Assembly (NCBI GenBank): GCA_937884085.1
Contig: CAKZYD010000405.1
Span: 1-57,990 of the forward strand
Length of the DNA: 57,990 nucleotides
DNA from: an uncultured Sphingomonadales bacterium
GTDB lineage: Bacteria; Pseudomonadota; Alphaproteobacteria; Sphingomonadales; CAKZYD01
Direction: 5' to 3'
Position 1 is the first letter of the stretch. Every line of letters begins with the position of its first letter. The translations under genes and the position numbers were made by a program. The notes beneath the pieces were generated by a model, which saw nothing but the letters and a program-made list of their open reading frames with translations, made no database searches and was not told the origin of the DNA. Of the stretch, positions 16,602 through 25,721 are shown in pieces.

Positions 16602-17503
16602 CGTACCGTCAGCTTCGCCGTTACCACATCGCACCAGGCCGGTAAGTCGAGCGCCATCATGAAGGGCATCCCGGCCAGCATCGCGTTTTCTAGGCTTTTT
16701 GACATGGCGTCTGTGCTCTCGCCGCGGTTGGACTTATTTGCAAAGTCTAGAAAGAATTGCTGCAGTTTGGGGCAGTCCGTGCCGTCTTCGCTGCCGCCCA
16801 TGGCAATGATATATTGATTGACCAGCGCCATCTGTGCGGCGGCTGGGGAGTTGGCCAACAGAGCCGAATAGGCCTCGGGCGAGAGTGCGCCTGACGGCCC
16901 GCCGCTATCGTTGGCGTTGCTATTGGGCGCCACGGCAGCAAGCAATGTTGGCGTGGTGACTTCAAAAGCGCGGCCACCGGTAAAGAGGGATAGGAGAGGC
17001 GTTGTCACCTCAAAGGCGCTGCCGCCATGATAGGCGCTGAGTGCAGGTGTGGTAACTTCGAACGCTTTGCCGCCTCTATATGCGCTGAGCTGCGGGGTGG
17101 TGATTTCAAAGGCCTTACCGCCTGAAAATGCAGACAGCGCTGGCGTCGTGACTTCAAAACTTCGCCCGCCGCTCAAAGCACTGAGTTGGGGCGTGGTGAT
17201 TTCAAAAGCCCGGCCACCTGCGTAAGCGGAGAGTTGCGGTGTTGTAATGTCAAACACTTTGCCACCGCCGTGCGCAGAGAGCGTTGGCGTGGTCACCTCA
17301 AAGGCCCTGCCGCCCGCATAGGCCGTAAGCTGCGGAGTGGTGACCTCAAACGCCTTGCCAGCGGAGAACGCCGTGAGGGGCGGCGTAGTAATTTCAAACG
17401 CCTTACGCAGCGCGCTGGGCGCATCCTGGGGCTCCGCCGCAGCATGAGCAGCGCATAAGGCTGCCACGCCTAGGCAGATAAGCGATGGGAAAACGCGTTC
17501 CAT
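16598..17503 (-). CDS. Secreted tandem-repeat protein (10 x 16-aa AFEVTTPxLSAYxGG[KR] repeats plus a C-terminal globular domain)
   Basis: Signal peptide MERVFPSLICLGVAALCAAHAAA. The conserved Phe recurs at aa 36, 52, 68, 84, 100, 116, 132, 148, 164 and 180, an exact 16-aa period (nt ~16934-17404). A ~110-aa non-repetitive C-terminal domain contains two Cys. I recognise no family. Confidence 0.7.
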   Translation of the reverse strand: MERVFPSLICLGVAALCAAHAAAEPQDAPSALRKAFEITTPPLTAFSAGKAFEVTTPQLTAYAGGRAFEVTTPTLSAHGGGKVFDITTPQLSAYAGGRAFEITTPQLSALSGGRSFEVTTPALSAFSGGKAFEITTPQLSAYRGGKAFEVTTPALSAYHGGSAFEVTTPLLSLFTGGRAFEVTTPTLLAAVAPNSNANDSGGPSGALSPEAYSALLANSPAAAQMALVNQYIIAMGGSEDGTDCPKLQQFFLDFANKSNRGESTDAMSKSLENAMLAGMPFMMALDLPAWCDVVTAKLTVR

Positions 17504-17533
17504 TCTTGTCGCTGCAGGCTTGAGTTTACGGCC

Positions 17534-18193
17534 TTAGTTCTGATTGCCCGGCTTTGTGACAAGCGCGTCCGTCACACTTGATTGCTGCACCGGGTTTGTA
17601 AGCACGATACCAACGGTCTCTGGCTGTCGGGTTAGTCCGTAAACGGCTTCATTATCGTTAAAACCATACTGCCTTGCACCGCGCCGATGAGACGTGCTCG
17701 CAAGCTTTAAAGCCTCGCTGTCTGTTTTAGATACGATTTTGATATCCGGTGCGTCGCCGCGAATGGAGTGCCACTCTCCGGCTGCTGTTTTGGCGTTATA
17801 CAGCCCGTAGAAAACCTTCACTGACTTGCGGGATTGGATGTTATCAAAAACGGATTTATAAACCTCTTGGGTTGCTATTTTCGCCCTGCCATCGCCGCGA
17901 ACCGAGCGCGCAAGAGCATCCCCACCTCTTTCTTTCGTGGTGCGTTTGAATTCGCTGACTGCAACGCCGTCAGCTGTCCCATCGTCAGATAATTTAATAA
18001 TATGCGACGCTTGATTTTGACCGGCAACGGGTATGCCCACACTCACCTTCAATTCCACATACTGGTAGTCCGACGTCCCAAGGCTAACGGAATAGGGAGA
18101 TTTGATGCGGACGATATCAAACTGATCTTGCGCTGAACCGATGTGCGGAACCAAAAGCGCAGCCAAAGCTGCACACAGTGAAAAAAGCCTCAC
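17534..18193 (-). CDS. Secreted hypothetical protein, probably co-transcribed with the repeat protein
   Basis: Signal peptide MRLFSLCAALAALLVPHIGSAQ. 219 aa, with only 30 nt before the downstream gene. No recognisable family. Confidence 0.6.
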   Translation of the reverse strand: MRLFSLCAALAALLVPHIGSAQDQFDIVRIKSPYSVSLGTSDYQYVELKVSVGIPVAGQNQASHIIKLSDDGTADGVAVSEFKRTTKERGGDALARSVRGDGRAKIATQEVYKSVFDNIQSRKSVKVFYGLYNAKTAAGEWHSIRGDAPDIKIVSKTDSEALKLASTSHRRGARQYGFNDNEAVYGLTRQPETVGIVLTNPVQQSSVTDALVTKPGNQN

Positions 18194-18394
18194 AATAACC
18201 CCCTCTTAAACGCGCCGCAGCGCAAAAGCTGCCCACGCTTCTGCGTTAGAAAGCCACCTTCGCACTGGAAATACAAGAGCCTTGCGGCCGTGCCAGTCTG
18301 CAGCACGCCTTACCCTCTCTTTTCTCATTATTGCTTTGTTTATTTAGAATCGCTCAAAGTATATCTTCATCATGCTGATATGAGGAGGGGTTCA

Positions 18395-19963
18395 ATGGTT
18401 GAGACGCTAACGGGACACAACCGGTCCGGCGGGCTATCCTATGAGCAAATGATTGGCATGGACGCGGTCCAGCCGCCGCCCGTCTATTTCGAAAGCAATC
18501 CCGTTCCAGCCGGCGTTACGGAGGTCGACGTCACCCGCTATTTTAGCAAGGAAGAGCATGACCGCGAGGTTGAGCGCCTGTGGAAGCGGGTGTGGCAGAT
18601 GGCCTGCCACGAAGATGACATCCCTAATGTGGGGGACACCCATGTCTATGATATTGCAGGACTTTCCTTCATCATCGTCCGCGCAAAAGAAAATGAAATC
18701 AAAGCCTTCCCCAATGCCTGCCTACACCGCGGCCGCAAGCTCTGCGATGCCCACAAAAAGGGCCTCAAAGTCATGCGCTGCGCCTTCCACGGCTGGTCGT
18801 GGAACCTGGACGGCAGCTTAAAAGAAGTGCCCTGCCAATGGGATTTCCCGAGCGTGAACGAAGAGGAATTCAGCCTACCGAAAGTGCGCGTAGGCCAATG
18901 GGGCGGCTTCGTGTTCATCAACCCCGACCCCAATTGCGAACCTCTGGAAGATTTCCTGGGCGATTTGGACCGGCATTTTCGCATCCCCTTCGAGCGGCGC
19001 TTTAAAGCGGCGCATTTGGTCAAACGCCTGCCGTGCAATTGGAAAGTGGCGCAGGAGGCTTTCATGGAATCCTACCATGTGGTCGCCACCCACCCAGAGC
19101 TCATGCCCGCCTTTGCCGATGCAAACTCCAAATATGACGCCTGGAATAATTTCTCCCGCGCCATGTCCGCCAATGGCTTTCCCAGCCCGCATACCAGCTT
19201 GAAAAAGCCAGACTTCTCCGCCTGGCCTGACGCAAAAGCCTTTCAAAGCTTTGTCCACCCCATCAGCGGCCACACCTTTCGCCGCATCGAAGAAGGCCGC
19301 GTCGAAGTCACCATGCCCAACGGCAAAAGCGGCATCTTTGATGCATCGGGCACCCATATCGAAGGCGACGTGACCAACGCTGACCAGCATATGTGTAACT
19401 GGGTGGGCGGCAAAATCCGTGCTGGCGAAGAAGACATGCCAATGCCCACCAGCGCTGGCAGCTCCACCGAACACCGTTCGGCAATGGCACAGGCCCGCCG
19501 CGAGGAGATGCGCGAAGCCTGGGGCGACATGGTCGACACCATCAGCGATGCAGACCTCAATGACGCCATCTTCTACAGCGTCTTCCCAAACATCAGCCCC
19601 TGGGCCGACTTCAACCCCATTTTCTACCGCTTTCGCCCCGATGGCGACAATCCAGAGCAATGCTTGCATGAAGTCATGTTCATGGTCGCTCTGCCGGAAG
19701 GCGTCGAGCGGCCAAAGCCGGTAGAGTGCACCTTCCTAGACCTCGACGATGACTACACCCTCGCCCCCAACTTCGGCAGCTACCTCCTCAAAGTCTTCAA
19801 CCAAGACGGCCTAAACCACGCCGCCGTCCAACAAGGCCTCCACAACCACCCCCGCGGTAAGGTGATCTTCGCCAGCTATCAGGAGAGCAAGATCCGGCAC
19901 TTTCATGAAACGCTGGAGCATTGGCTGGAGAGCGAGGAAGCGCCACGTAGCCGACCAAACTGA
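18395..19963 (+). CDS. Rieske [2Fe-2S] non-heme iron oxygenase, alpha-subunit-like
   Basis: Rieske motifs CLHRGRKLC and CAFHGW, and a mononuclear iron motif ESYHVVATHPE (H-x4-H). I chose the start at 18395 (MVETLTG), preceded by GAGGAGGGG; the track ORF starts at 18290. Confidence 0.85.
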   Translation: MVETLTGHNRSGGLSYEQMIGMDAVQPPPVYFESNPVPAGVTEVDVTRYFSKEEHDREVERLWKRVWQMACHEDDIPNVGDTHVYDIAGLSFIIVRAKENEIKAFPNACLHRGRKLCDAHKKGLKVMRCAFHGWSWNLDGSLKEVPCQWDFPSVNEEEFSLPKVRVGQWGGFVFINPDPNCEPLEDFLGDLDRHFRIPFERRFKAAHLVKRLPCNWKVAQEAFMESYHVVATHPELMPAFADANSKYDAWNNFSRAMSANGFPSPHTSLKKPDFSAWPDAKAFQSFVHPISGHTFRRIEEGRVEVTMPNGKSGIFDASGTHIEGDVTNADQHMCNWVGGKIRAGEEDMPMPTSAGSSTEHRSAMAQARREEMREAWGDMVDTISDADLNDAIFYSVFPNISPWADFNPIFYRFRPDGDNPEQCLHEVMFMVALPEGVERPKPVECTFLDLDDDYTLAPNFGSYLLKVFNQDGLNHAAVQQGLHNHPRGKVIFASYQESKIRHFHETLEHWLESEEAPRSRPN

Positions 19964-19999
19964 CCATTAGCTGTACGCGCGGTTTTAGAAACAAGAAAT

Positions 20000-20030
20000 T
20001 GAGGCTGGCAGCAACGGCAAGCCAGCCTCA
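20000..20030 (-). terminator. Rho-independent terminator-like hairpin downstream of the receptor gene
   Basis: A perfect 10-bp stem, tgaggctggc...gccagcctca, with an 11-nt loop. On the - strand it is followed by a U-rich tract (aatttcttgttt). It lies between the convergent genes 18395..19963 and 20063..22648. Confidence 0.5.
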
Positions 20031-20062
20031 GAGCACCTAACCCCTATTGCTGTTCCATCACA

Positions 20063-22648
20063 CTAGAGCGTAAACTCATAGGCCAAAATGACTTGGCGAC
20101 CGGGGCCGCCAACGATGCGATCAACAAAACCGGTCCCAACATAGGTTTGGTTGGATGTGGGAATATATGTATTATTCAAAAGGTTGGTGATTTGAAAGCT
20201 AAGCGAGCCAGGCCCGACGGTATAGAAAGCACCAATATCGACCACTGAATAGCCTTCAACTGGTGCTTGGTCCGTCCCTTGGTCAAATGCGCGCGAGCGG
20301 TCACCGACCGTGAGAACCCTTCCATTGAGATTGAGATCATCATTGACGTCGTAACTGACGTCGAAAGTGAATTTCCAAGGCGCCACTTCTAGCCCACTCA
20401 GCGGGTTGAAATCTCCGTCGTCATCAGCGTCGAAATCCCCCTCATTCCAACTGAAGGCAGCAGACAAGCGCAAATCGTTTATCGGCTCTACGCCAGCACT
20501 GAGTTCAAAACCATAATTCCTTTGCGGTGAGCGGGCGAATTCACCTTGCATAGAGCCAGGGGCGACGATGAAAGTGGCGCCGAGCTCAGACCTGGCGTAG
20601 TAGGCAGCCAGGCTATAATCAAAAATGCCATAAGCGCCGCGCAACCCGATTTCATAATTATCAACGATTTGTGGCTCGGCCGCTTCGGACGTCGCCAGCG
20701 GCTCACCCGATGGCACCAAAAAGGAGAGATTTATGAGGCTCGGGATCTCAAAACCTTGTGAAAAATTGACGAAACCAGACAGCCACTCCGCAAACTCGTA
20801 AGTCGCTCCAATATTCCAAGCAATACCATCGTTGTCGCCAGCGCCGCCCTGGCGCGAAATCTGGTTACCACTTTCGTCGGTAACGATTTCAAAAACCCGG
20901 GTACCACTGCCGATCTCGAAAGACACATCTTCCCAACGGATGCCGCCTGAGAGGCGAAGTCGTTCCAGAACGCGGATATCGAACTGGGCAAAGATGCCAA
21001 GCGTCTCCAATTCAAACGGAAACAGAAAAGCGTCTTCGCGAATTGCGTTTGTAACCAGGCGTTCGTTGTCAAAATTTGGGCCTAGGTCATAGACGCGGGC
21101 GTCTGAAATGCGTTCTTCGGTATTATAGTCGACACCCACCAGGACATTAACGCGCTCTACCACAGTGCGCGAATATTGGCTGCGAATACCCCATCCTTTG
21201 TCCGTAAAAAAGGACTGATAGTTATCGGGAAAGACGGCTGGTAATGTCGCATTGCGTAGGTCGATCAAAGTGGAAACCCGATCTTCATCGCGGCCATAAT
21301 ACTGTAGTGATAAGGCCCCGCCAAAGAGGGCGTCATTGGTATATTTCAAGTTCCAAGCGCGCTTCTTGTTGATAGGCTCGTTATCGGACCCATAGGTAAA
21401 GGCCAATTGATTGGCTGACACAGCAGCAATCGCTCGACCGTCTTCCGTCAACGATACGTCGAACACGCGGTTGTCCGGCGCTTGATCAACAAAATTATAA
21501 AAACCTTCCAGACGTTGAGTTTTGCTGATGTCAAAACCTAGTTTTGCGAAATAGGTCAGCTCATCTTCAAAACCGGAAAAGACTGGTGCGCGCAGGTCGT
21601 CCTCACCATCAAAAATGCCATTGTTGGAATCAAAGGAGAAATTTACCAGATAGTCGAAACGATCAACGGTGCCGCTGGCGCCGACGTTGGTCTTCATGCT
21701 GCGGGACAGATTGCTGAAAATGTTGTCAGCCCCAGGAAAAAACGACAGCTGTTGGCGCAAGCGTACATCGATAAGCTCTTCAGACGCCTGCCGCGTAAAG
21801 AACTGTATCACCCCGCCCGTCGCGCCCGCGCCATAGACGGCATTGGGCCCATAAAGAACTTCCACTCGGCCTAGAATTTCCGGATCGAATTTCGCCAGTT
21901 GTCCGGCGCCAGAACCAGCACCGCCGTTAAAGGAAAGCGGCACGCCGTCAATGAGGTATTGTGGGTCACGGCCGCGCAGCGTCTGCGCCCGGTCAATATC
22001 ATTCTGAGTTGGCGGCCCAAGCGCCGGAACCAAGGCGCCAACCAGGTTGAAGATATTGGAAGACTTAGCGATCTCAGTTCGGATCGCCGGATAATCGAGT
22101 ACGATTACAGAACGAGCAATTTCATTGATCGGCTGGGGCTGTCGAGTGGCGGTTATCACGATGGTTTCCGCCTTCTTGTCCTGATCTTGCAACGCCAATT
22201 CTGGTTGGACGCCGATCTGCGCCACTTGCTGGCCAATAACAATGCCGCCATTGCCGGCCGTTGTTGCTTTAAGGCCGCTGCCAGCAAGCACTTGGGCAAG
22301 CGCCTCTTGAACGGTCAAAGAGCCAGATATGGACGGCGCACGCTTGCCTGCCACAAAGCGGCTTGGCGCGACCACTGGCACACCGAAAAGATCAGAGATG
22401 GTGACAATAGACTGGCCGAGCGGACCAGCTGGTACATCAATGGTGCGCGGGGCGCTTACTTTTGTTTGCGATTGCGCCTGCGCGCTTGGCATAGCAGCCA
22501 AGACGGCTAAAGATGATGCTGCGGCCAGTGCTGCCCTTTTAATCTGCCGGGGGGTAATTGCGTCCACGAGATTTGCCCTTTTTGCCTTCTTGCGCAACTG
22601 CCACTCAATTGCACTTATATCCCAGAGACACGCGGGCCGCGTTTTCAT
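20063..22648 (-). CDS. TonB-dependent receptor/transducer with an N-terminal STN signalling domain (FecA-like)
   Basis: STN domain (IDVPAGPLGQSIVTISDLFGVPVVAP...LTVQEALAQVLAGSGLKA), plug (ETIVITATRQPQPINEIARSVIVL) and a long barrel. The true start is probably an internal GTG (VDAITPRQIKRAALAAASSLAVLAAMPSAQA signal peptide), because the ATG at 22648 leaves only ~40 nt after the FecR stop. Confidence 0.9.
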   Translation of the reverse strand: MKTRPACLWDISAIEWQLRKKAKRANLVDAITPRQIKRAALAAASSLAVLAAMPSAQAQSQTKVSAPRTIDVPAGPLGQSIVTISDLFGVPVVAPSRFVAGKRAPSISGSLTVQEALAQVLAGSGLKATTAGNGGIVIGQQVAQIGVQPELALQDQDKKAETIVITATRQPQPINEIARSVIVLDYPAIRTEIAKSSNIFNLVGALVPALGPPTQNDIDRAQTLRGRDPQYLIDGVPLSFNGGAGSGAGQLAKFDPEILGRVEVLYGPNAVYGAGATGGVIQFFTRQASEELIDVRLRQQLSFFPGADNIFSNLSRSMKTNVGASGTVDRFDYLVNFSFDSNNGIFDGEDDLRAPVFSGFEDELTYFAKLGFDISKTQRLEGFYNFVDQAPDNRVFDVSLTEDGRAIAAVSANQLAFTYGSDNEPINKKRAWNLKYTNDALFGGALSLQYYGRDEDRVSTLIDLRNATLPAVFPDNYQSFFTDKGWGIRSQYSRTVVERVNVLVGVDYNTEERISDARVYDLGPNFDNERLVTNAIREDAFLFPFELETLGIFAQFDIRVLERLRLSGGIRWEDVSFEIGSGTRVFEIVTDESGNQISRQGGAGDNDGIAWNIGATYEFAEWLSGFVNFSQGFEIPSLINLSFLVPSGEPLATSEAAEPQIVDNYEIGLRGAYGIFDYSLAAYYARSELGATFIVAPGSMQGEFARSPQRNYGFELSAGVEPINDLRLSAAFSWNEGDFDADDDGDFNPLSGLEVAPWKFTFDVSYDVNDDLNLNGRVLTVGDRSRAFDQGTDQAPVEGYSVVDIGAFYTVGPGSLSFQITNLLNNTYIPTSNQTYVGTGFVDRIVGGPGRQVILAYEFTL

Positions 22649-22670
22649 CCCACTTTTTCAAAATTTTTCC
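22649..22670 (-). promoter_or_regulatory. Candidate ECF-dependent promoter or operator motif (GGAAAAATTTTGAAAAAG), counterpart of 11863-11890
   Basis: The reverse strand reads GGAAAAATTTTGAAAAAGTGGG immediately after the FecR stop, resembling the motif in the paralogous module. Confidence 0.25.
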
Positions 22671-22689
22671 GCTGATAAGTTGGCCCTGG

Positions 22690-23763
22690 TTAGAGGCCTG
22701 TTTTGGGCCGGATTACAATGCGGTCGTCATCACCGTTTTCTATCTCGATGGGAAAACTTAACGCCAGCAGTTCCAGCATACGGCCCACATCATTGGCCGC
22801 AAAAGAGGCAGTGATGGTCATTGCGGCCAGCGCTTGCGTATCGCCAGCAAGCACAATGGAAGCGTCTGAGTATCGATTAACGTCAAAAACAATCTCAGCC
22901 AGCGGCGCGCCATCGTAGATCAGACTGCCCATTTGCCAGGCGCCCACCTTATCGAGCGCGATGGGTCGTACCGCTCGCAATCCATCCACTTCGGTGGCAG
23001 CAACTTGCTGACCGGCGGAAAGGACGACTTTCGTGTCCATAGAAAAGGCTTGGCCGTCCACGGCCAAAGGATAGCCAACACGCACGCGCCCTTCCGACAC
23101 CGCGACGCGGGCCACCCCGCTGCTTTTGCGTACGTCAAATATAGTCCCCAGCGCTGTCGCAGTTAGATCCCCAGTGCGCACAATGAAGGGCCGTGCCGGA
23201 TCTGACACGACGTCAAAGAGCGCCGCCCCCGCTGATAACGACACAGTGCGGCTGTCCCCATCATAGACAATCTCTATCTGTGTCTCCGGGCCAAGCGTCG
23301 CCTCGCTACCATCTGCCAAGATGACAGTGCGTGTCTCGCCATGACTGCTAGCAAAGGTGGCACGGCTTAGTATTACGTCTTCTGGCGCGGCGGTCTGAAA
23401 CAAGGGCAAAAGGGCGACCAGGCACACAGCAAATGCGGCCGTGATTGCGCCGCCAGCGGCAAGGCGTCCACGGGTGGTTTTAAACCGCGCTGCAAGCTCG
23501 CTTTTAAAGCGCACCCACTGCTCGCCTAGACTTGGCTCCATTAAATCTGCAGCGATGTCATCGCCGCGCAGCCCGTCATAGGCCGCCCATATGGTCACGG
23601 CTCGGTCATAAGCCTCTTCATGACGGACATCGGCGGCGAGCCACGCCTCAAAGGCCGCCTTATCCGCAGCGCTAGACTGGGGGCCGCGCATACGTTCGCG
23701 CCACATATGCGCTGCCGCAATGAGCCGGCCTGTTTCGGCTTCAGCTGTACGGGTCGCGGCCAT
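22690..23763 (-). CDS. FecR-family anti-sigma factor / transmembrane sensor
   Basis: AAHMWRERMRGPQSSAADKAAFEAWLAADVRHEEAYD (anti-sigma domain), a TM segment (GGAITAAFAVCLVALLPLF) and a FecR domain (ALFDV..RPFIVRTGDLTATALGTIFDV). The start overlaps the sigma gene stop by 1 nt (TAATG). Confidence 0.85.
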   Translation of the reverse strand: MAATRTAEAETGRLIAAAHMWRERMRGPQSSAADKAAFEAWLAADVRHEEAYDRAVTIWAAYDGLRGDDIAADLMEPSLGEQWVRFKSELAARFKTTRGRLAAGGAITAAFAVCLVALLPLFQTAAPEDVILSRATFASSHGETRTVILADGSEATLGPETQIEIVYDGDSRTVSLSAGAALFDVVSDPARPFIVRTGDLTATALGTIFDVRKSSGVARVAVSEGRVRVGYPLAVDGQAFSMDTKVVLSAGQQVAATEVDGLRAVRPIALDKVGAWQMGSLIYDGAPLAEIVFDVNRYSDASIVLAGDTQALAAMTITASFAANDVGRMLELLALSFPIEIENGDDDRIVIRPKTGL

Positions 23764-24344
23764 TAGGCACCATCCTTTGTATGGCGCTGAAGCTGCTGGT
23801 CAATTTCGATGCCAGCTTTGACAACATGCCGATGCACCGATGTTTTCGACAAACCCATGACCTCTGCCACCTTCGTAATTGACAATCCATCGACCTTGTG
23901 CAGCAAAAAGCAGCGCCGCGTCCGGGTCGGCATACCGCGCAAAACTGCATCCACCTGCGCCAACTGCTGCCGCATAGAATAGACACGCTCGGGGGTGGTT
24001 TCATCCCGCCCCGGCCCAAAAAAAAGTTGCTCAAGCTCAAAATCATATTTTGTGCGGGTGCCGGCAGCCCGAAGCTCATTGAGGGTTGAGTTGCGCGCGG
24101 TGCGCCATAAAAAACTCTCCAGATCACAAATTTCTTCATGATCACCGCGCTCCATAAGCTTTTGGAAAGCGAGTTGGGTCATATCCTCAGGGTCAGGTGG
24201 TCCATCACCAAAAGCGCGGCGGAGGTTGAGCGTCAATCGCGCAGCGAATTGCCTGTAAAGCGTTTTAAAAGGCGCGTCAGCCCACTTACGGTTTTCCCGG
24301 TCAGCCTCTTTTGGCTTTGATTGATGCTGCGTCTCAGTCGCCAT
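23763..24344 (-). CDS. ECF (sigma-70 family) RNA polymerase sigma factor, FecI-like
   Basis: A clear paralogue of 10211..10783: FGDGPPDPEDMTQLAFQK, FLWRTARNSTLNE, and the region 4 HTH LSITKVAEVMGLSKTSVHRHV. Confidence 0.85.
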   Translation of the reverse strand: MATETQHQSKPKEADRENRKWADAPFKTLYRQFAARLTLNLRRAFGDGPPDPEDMTQLAFQKLMERGDHEEICDLESFLWRTARNSTLNELRAAGTRTKYDFELEQLFFGPGRDETTPERVYSMRQQLAQVDAVLRGMPTRTRRCFLLHKVDGLSITKVAEVMGLSKTSVHRHVVKAGIEIDQQLQRHTKDGA

Positions 24345-24560
24345 TGCAGGCCCTGCTTAGCGCAAAGCGTGGCCAACCCCAATAGGCCACGAAACTATCG
24401 TGGTCAGAAGCGAGAACATACCACTCCTGATGGCTCAGCCTTAAATGCACTATAGATTCGCTAAATGCGCAAATTGCTTGCCGCCAAGGCTACCGCAAGA
24501 CAATAGCAATGCTAGCATTAGACAAAACCTGGCGTTCTTTTTTCGTCTAGAGGCCAACCC

Positions 24561-25721
24561 ATGCAAACCAACCAAGCCATAAAATCCATCGGCACGGAGT
24601 CTGCCTTCGCCGTCCTCGCCCAAGCCAACGCTTTGCGCGCAAAGGGCCAAAACGTCATCAGCCTGGCCATCGGTGCGCCTGACTTTCCAACGCCCGATAA
24701 CATCGTCCGCGCAGCGCAAAAGGCGCTGGAAGAGGGGCACCATTTTTATACGCCAACCAAGGGCCTGGAGGCGCTCCGGGCGGCCATTGCGCAGGATTTG
24801 AAGGCGCGGCGGGGCTATAATGTGGATTTGGAGCACATCCTAGTGGCGCCGGGGGCGAAGCCGATCATGACCTATGCCATGCAGATGTTTGGCGAGGCGG
24901 GGGCGGATATTCTCTATCCTGACCCGGGCTTTCCCATCTATCGCTCCATGATCGAGTTTTCCGGCGCGCGGGCAGTGCCAGTGCCCATGCGCGCCGCCCA
25001 TGGGCTGAGCTTTGATCCCGCCGAACTGCTCTCGCTGATCACGCCTCGGACGCGGCTAATCATCTTAAACTCGCCTGGCAATCCGACCGGCGGCGTGGTC
25101 ACACGGACTAGCATGGACCAGCTCGCAGAAGGCCTAAAAGCGTGGCCCGATATTCCGATTTTGGCCGATGAGATCTATAGCCGCCTCCTCTATGACGGCG
25201 CGGCGCATGTGAGCTGCCTTGACTATCCGCATCTCCGCGACCGGACGATTTTACTGGATGGCTGGAGCAAGACCTATTCGATGACCGGCTGGCGCCTGGG
25301 CTATGGCATTTGGCCGAAGAGCCTCATCGATTATGCCGAGCGCTTGCAAGTCAACAGCGCCTCCTGCGCCAGTGCGCCCGTCCAGATGGCCGGCATTGAA
25401 GCGCTGCTTGGCCCACAGGACGGGGCGGAGACCATGCATGCCGCCTTTGAAAGTCGGCGCAAGATCCTGGTCGATGCGCTCAATTCCCTGCCTGGCTTTA
25501 CTTGCCCCATGCCAAAGGGCGCTTTCTATGCCTTTCCCAATATTGAAGGCACGGGGCGCAGCGCGGACGATTTGCAGCAGCATCTCCTGTTAAACGCAGG
25601 GGTAGCCACCGTCAGCGGCACCAGCTTTGGCATCTATGGCGAAGGCCATATCCGCTTCAGCTATGCCTGCGCGCCAGAGGTGATGGAAACTGCGGTGGAG
25701 CGCATCCGGGCTGTTTTGTAA
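24561..25721 (+). CDS. Pyridoxal phosphate-dependent aminotransferase (class I, aspartate aminotransferase-like)
   Basis: 386 aa. VISLAIGAPDFPTPDNIV, NSPGNPTGGV and SKTYSMTGWRLGY (PLP Lys) are typical class I aminotransferase motifs. Confidence 0.85.
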   Translation: MQTNQAIKSIGTESAFAVLAQANALRAKGQNVISLAIGAPDFPTPDNIVRAAQKALEEGHHFYTPTKGLEALRAAIAQDLKARRGYNVDLEHILVAPGAKPIMTYAMQMFGEAGADILYPDPGFPIYRSMIEFSGARAVPVPMRAAHGLSFDPAELLSLITPRTRLIILNSPGNPTGGVVTRTSMDQLAEGLKAWPDIPILADEIYSRLLYDGAAHVSCLDYPHLRDRTILLDGWSKTYSMTGWRLGYGIWPKSLIDYAERLQVNSASCASAPVQMAGIEALLGPQDGAETMHAAFESRRKILVDALNSLPGFTCPMPKGAFYAFPNIEGTGRSADDLQQHLLLNAGVATVSGTSFGIYGEGHIRFSYACAPEVMETAVERIRAVL

